Origin: Guillardia theta CCMP2712
Lineage: Eukaryota; Protista; Cryptophyta
DNA: 64,000 nt
Direction of reading: 5' to 3'
Assembly: GCF_000315625.1 (NCBI RefSeq)
Contig: NW_005434631.1
Span: 248,001-312,000, forward strand
Part shown: in pieces, positions 59,300 through 64,000 of the stretch
How positions within the stretch are numbered: position 1 is the stretch's first letter
How the letters are laid out: each line of letters starts with the position of its first letter
Position numbers and translations under genes: made by a program
The notes under the pieces: model-generated
Databases searched by the model: none
The model's input: only the letters and a program-made list of their open reading frames with translations
Told to the model about the DNA's origin: nothing

Positions 59300-60065
59300 A
59301 TGCAGAACTCTGTCCAGATCTATCCCAGAAGGAAGCAAGGAGAATCTGGAAAAGCTGGGGCTGTTTTCCTCACGCAAACAGACATACAAAACTTGTATCA
59401 TCTTCGCCTGGAAGACGCGGCAAAACACGTGGTAAATTTGACGTATGCGCATCATTTCTCAATCTCACAAACGAACAGGGAATTTCTCTTACTGCATTTC
59501 GAAATGCTTGCAGAAGGCTCGGCGTTGTGAAGTGGCCCTATTCTCGACACCGAGAAAATCTCAACGAGGAGAGCGCTAACGACGATGAGTTGATAGGTGA
59601 CGAGACATTTGTTCTCACATGGACACTAACATCTCGACACAAGTTGATCAGCCTATCATGTCACCACACTCCCATGCTCCATCCTGGTCTGCATCGCCCT
59701 TTGCTGATTCAATGCCTCGAGATTCATCGATCCGATCTGATACCTTCCCGCACATGCTTCATTCGTCTCCCTCCTCCTCTGATTCCACGGCGCTTCCATC
59801 CTCCTTCTCGTCTTCTTTCACCCCACTCATCGCAAACAACGCACCAGCAGCAAGCTCCTCCTTCACATATCTCCATCTGGGATCGGAAGCGAGGGGTAGA
59901 GGGGATGGGGAACCCATGCAGGGGCTTGATGGCCCATCGAAGACGGAGGAGCCAGACGGGGGAAGGAAGGGAGAGGAGATGTTCTCTCAGGCAGACGAGG
60001 TGGTGCCCCTATGCTCTAGCTTCATCGAGTGGTACGTGCGAACCGGCGAGAGCGACGACGTGTAA
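59300..60065 (+). CDS. RWP-RK domain transcription factor
   Basis: VQIYPRRKQGE..LTQTDIQNLYHLRLEDAAKHV|GISLTAFRNACRRLGVVKWPYSR, then a Ser-rich tail. Confidence 0.9.
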
Positions 60066-60249
60066 TGTTATCGGGAGATGATATGGGCTCGGACTGCTGT
60101 GATGGGAAGGGAGAGCAGTCGACGGCTGCGTGACGAATTGAGTTTCCAACTTGTGGGGATTGAGGGGATCTTGAGGCCATCGTGTGGGAAGAGAGACGCC
60201 TGTGAACGTGTCGCCGTTAGCCTCGTTTCACTTGAGCACATCTTAACTT

Positions 60250-63200
60250 AGAAATAAACTTGTGGAATAGAATTGAGACATCTGGGCCCTTGCGCACTGC
60301 TGAGGAGAGGAGGAGCGAACAGAGCTTGTCTTACTGTACACGTTCTTGACTTTTGCCAGCCCACATCTTGACGACGGTCAGCGCTGACAGAGCTCAAGAA
60401 AGCAGAAAGAGTCGTCATCGGGTGCCAGCCCTGGGGTTTCGAGTCAATGAGCACATGTCCCAGGCACTTTCCCCTCACCGTCACTTGTAATGAGAGAGAA
60501 GATGCGATGGGCGGCTTCAAGGTCTCTGACGACAAGGAGAGAAGTGAGCGAGGGGAGCAACAGGCAGTCTCTCACCCTCTCCGAGCAAACCCCCGTATCA
60601 CCGCATTGTAACATGTCAAGTCGGCAGGAGGGATCCGCGTTCGGGTACCGCTCGCTGTCTGCACGTGGAGGAGCTTGCCGTTACTGCGCATGCTCTCTGC
60701 CGAACCTCGCATGCGGTTGAAGAGACTCAGAGCTTCCTCGTCGCAGTCGGAGGAGATGAGAGCCTCTAGCACATTCAGCCATCCTTCTAGCGGAATTTCC
60801 ATCTCCTTCCTGATGGGAGTCAAGTTTACGCTGATAGGAGTGCAGTAGAGGAGGGAGAGGCAGTGCTGAAAGGCAGTGGTGGGAGAGGTACCTGAGGCAA
60901 GAAGTCTGAAGTCGGATAAAGACGTCATGCACCCTCTCCATGGACCGACAACGTTGACAAGCTTTCATCAATTGCATGCACGTCCTGTCAGTGAAAAAGC
61001 TACTGTCAGCGTTCTCCTGCACTCTTCCCGCACTCTCCTCGCTCACTTCCTACCCATCCTTCCTCTCCTCTCCTCTCCTCTCCCCTCCTCTCCCCTCGCC
61101 TCCTCTCGCCTCCTCTCCTCGCCACTCACTGTGGTGAAGGAATCGCCTTCTCCGCGTCCATCAGCCTCAGCGCTTGATCAACTCGCTAAGACGCGGCAAG
61201 TGAGCAGAGAGATCGAGCTGCAGTCAGCCGTCACCTCGAAGCTCAACCCTCCTCCGTCGCTCCTCTGGATCGCAACTGACATGGCTCGCACTGCAAGAGC
61301 AGGATCAGTGAGCGAGGCTGTAGGGTAAGAACAAAGGTGAAGAACGATGTGGCGTGTAGTGAAGGAGAGTAGGAAGGATTGAGCAGAAGCAGGAGCAGGA
61401 GTATGAGGAAGTAGGAAGGAGGGGAGGAGCCACGTCGGCAACCAAGTAGCGATAGGATCGCACCCAAGGCATCGAGCGACGTCACATCCAGCGGGACTGC
61501 TAGCTGCTGCATGCGGACAAAAGTCTGGATGGCATCCTTGACCCTGCCTCGCTGTGCTGAGAGGTAGATGTAGGAGTTGTAGCTCTTGGTGAAGTGCTGG
61601 AGACTTTGTCTGTCGCGCTGCTCGAAGCTCTCCCGGAAGTTTGCTTCGAGGAAGGACAGGACCCTCCCCGGCATCTGGTCATAGAGGACTTCCTCCTTGA
61701 GCTCCCACAGGACCTCCCGGGTGAGCATGTGGTAGTAGTAGTGCCTGCCTTTCCTGTCCTTGGCGCTCCTCCAAAAGAGCGAGGACCAGCGATACGCTTC
61801 CTGGCTCGGCTAGTGAATGCGAGAGAGGCAATGAGAGCAGAGGAGGGGAGTATGGACGTAGGTTGAGCAAGGAAGGATATGACGAGATAGAGGAAGTCCG
61901 GAGGGCAGGAAGACGAGGGAGGGGAAGGAGGGGAGGAGCAAGGAGATACCACGAGACACTCCAGCATGAAAGGAGTGACGAGCTCTTGAGCTTCATACGA
62001 GCGATCGAGCTCCTCCTTCACCCTCGAGGGAATCCCCGTCATGCTGAACACGCACAGCATGGCGTTTCTGATGTCTTTGTCCACGAGGTTTCTGCGTCAT
62101 CATCACTTCCTCAATGCTCTTCCCCCTGCCTCCCCCGCCACCTCCGCGTCCCCCCCCATCCCCCGCCTCCTCGTACCTCTCCTGTGCTTCAGCAAACAGA
62201 CTTTCAGCAAGGCGAATGTCTCGGAGGCGCGCACAGGCGAGGAGCATGGAGCTGTAGAGAGAGGGGTCGAGGCTGTCGCGAGGGGACAAGGTCCGGATCT
62301 GCTTCAGGCAGCTCTGAGCCTCCTCTATGTGATCCAACTGAGAGTGGAGGAGGAGGAGAGCTTTGACGGCTGAGACGGGAGGAACTTTCCCCTCCTGCTC
62401 GCATCGATCGATCATGTCCCTGGTGATGCCAAGCCTCGTCTTGAGGTCGCGGATCCTGAAGTTGGTGTGTCTCATTCCAACGGCAGTTACAAGTGAGCCT
62501 CACCGTTCCAACTCTTGTATCTCTATCACATCTTCACACAGAACGACTGCTGTCGCTCCCTTTGCTCTCTCCTTCTTCTCCTCCTCCAGCCCATCTGCTG
62601 TGCTCGCATGCCTTCCACCCAAACCTCGCAGTTCACCATCCTTCGTCCTCTCCTCAACTGAACGGACCACAGGCGGCTGCTGCTCCAGTCCTCGAGACTG
62701 CCAGAGGAATCAGGTGCAGCAAGAGGTGAAGGAGGACTAGCAGGAGACCTGCCGGACGAGCGAAGCGTCATCGGCGAGCTCGTTGAGCGTGAGCTTCTCG
62801 GAGATCCGAGCGACGAGGGAGGAGAAGAAGGACTTGGAGACTGAGGGCTTCACGCGGGCAAGCACGCGATCAATCTCTGCTATGCTGCTCGATGGGCCCA
62901 AAGTCAGACAGGAGGAGGAGAGAGGAGTCCCGGCAGCAAGCACCTGGAAGCGCTCGAAATCATCACGTCGATATGCTTCTCGTTCACAGCTCCCGAGGCG
63001 CACAACCCTTCGAAGAGAGCACATGCTCGAGCTCGATCTGCTCCTCGCAGCCTCTCCAACAAGTTCGGAGGCATCGCATCCTCCCCTCCCTTTCCCCTCA
63101 CTGGGACCGTCGGGGCCTCCACCTTTAGTGGCCCCTCAGTCTCCTGGGTGACTCCCCTGACCTTCTCCTTGGCCCTCGCGCGCTGAGATTCTGCGGCACT

Positions 63201-64000
63201 TCATCATCATCCCGCCATGTCCAAGGAAGCAGATAGCTCAGAGGAGACACAGCAAGACTGAGAGAGGCAGGAGGGACACACGCCAGCATCACAGCATGCG
63301 ATTGCGCGAACCAGGAGCAGCGGCAGGAGCAGCGGCAGGAGCAGCGGCAGGAGTAGCAGGAGCAGCAGGAGGAGGCTGCCACTGCACGCCTCCATCAGGG
63401 CGGGAGTAATAGGATCTCTTGCGAGGAGTCTTGGTGACGTGTTGGGCCCATCCTGGAGGTAGGATCGGCTGCATGGCGGTGAGAACCCTCTGCGCTCCAA
63501 ACGGTTCCCACACCTTCTTGTTCTCCTTGCCCGGCACTAGCGCTGGTTTGACTGCAACTTCACCTGCTGGAGCAGCTCCAGGGGGGTAGAGAGGAGACTG
63601 GGGAGGGGGAGGAGTCAAGACTGCCGTCATGCTGAAGATGGTCTCGCACCTCGACAAGTTGTTGGCTGAGAGCTTTAGAAGGTAACTTGAGATCTCTCTC
63701 GTCCTCTGGTTGCCCCGTCACTTGCAAGGATCGCGTCATACCAGGGCCCAGTCACCTTCTTGACAGCTGATCGTCGACCTGCTTCTGTGGGCGGGAAACA
63801 AACTCAGTTCGACGGTGTCTGCATGCCAGCTGGAGATCCGACGATACCTGTCGGCTCGAAAGTCGTCGTCGTTGCTCTTGAAGAGGTCGCGCTTCAGCTT
63901 CGCTCCTACGGACCTGCAGGTGCGCATGAGCAAGAGTACACGCCCGAGTCAGCTCAGAGTTTCCTCCTCTCCCTTCTCATCTCGTCGAACATCTCGTACG
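60250..64000 (-). CDS. Pentatricopeptide repeat protein, possibly with an upstream WW domain; 5' partial
   Basis: PPR-like motifs PADLTCYNAVIRGFARR, SYNSYIYLSAQRGRVKDAIQTFVRMQ, LYSSMLLACARLRDIRLAESLF, IRNAMLCVFSMTG. WW motif LPPGWAQHVTKTPRKRSYYSRPDGGVQWQPP at ~63370-63465. Ends approximate. Confidence 0.75.

Overview
Gene-dense eukaryotic nuclear DNA with many short GT-AG introns and one 100-N gap (49723-49822). Bipartite 'ASAFAP'-type plastid presequences, intron style and an RWP-RK gene point to an alga with a red-derived secondary plastid, most likely a cryptophyte such as Guillardia (inference). Recognisable genes: a CX5R phosphoinositide-phosphatase-like protein (5' partial), an SK/KCNN-like K+ channel, a PH + DUF4116-like + ankyrin protein, plastid NEET (CDGSH), tRNA-Ala(AGC), XPB helicase, a small thylakoid-type membrane protein, ornithine decarboxylase, a stand-alone RapZ C-terminal-domain protein, NEDD1, NELF-C/D, an FHA protein, a TPR-methyltransferase, a Sushi-like surface protein, an NTMT1-like methyltransferase, an AKAP7-like 2H phosphoesterase, an acylated globin-like protein, an RWP-RK factor and a PPR(+WW) protein (5' partial). 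Mobile DNA: an intact 1.5-kb non-autonomous copia-type LTR element and a degenerate RLE-type non-LTR fragment. Top leads: (1) the LTR element's terminal T and A are missing from the inner ends of its own LTRs, suggesting non-templated A addition builds the CA-3' ends; (2) a predicted myristoylated/palmitoylated globin-fold protein without heme histidines; (3) a spliced ~63-aa microprotein absent from the ORF track; (4) a eukaryotic RapZ-CTD protein. Exon boundaries were read by eye and no database searches were run.
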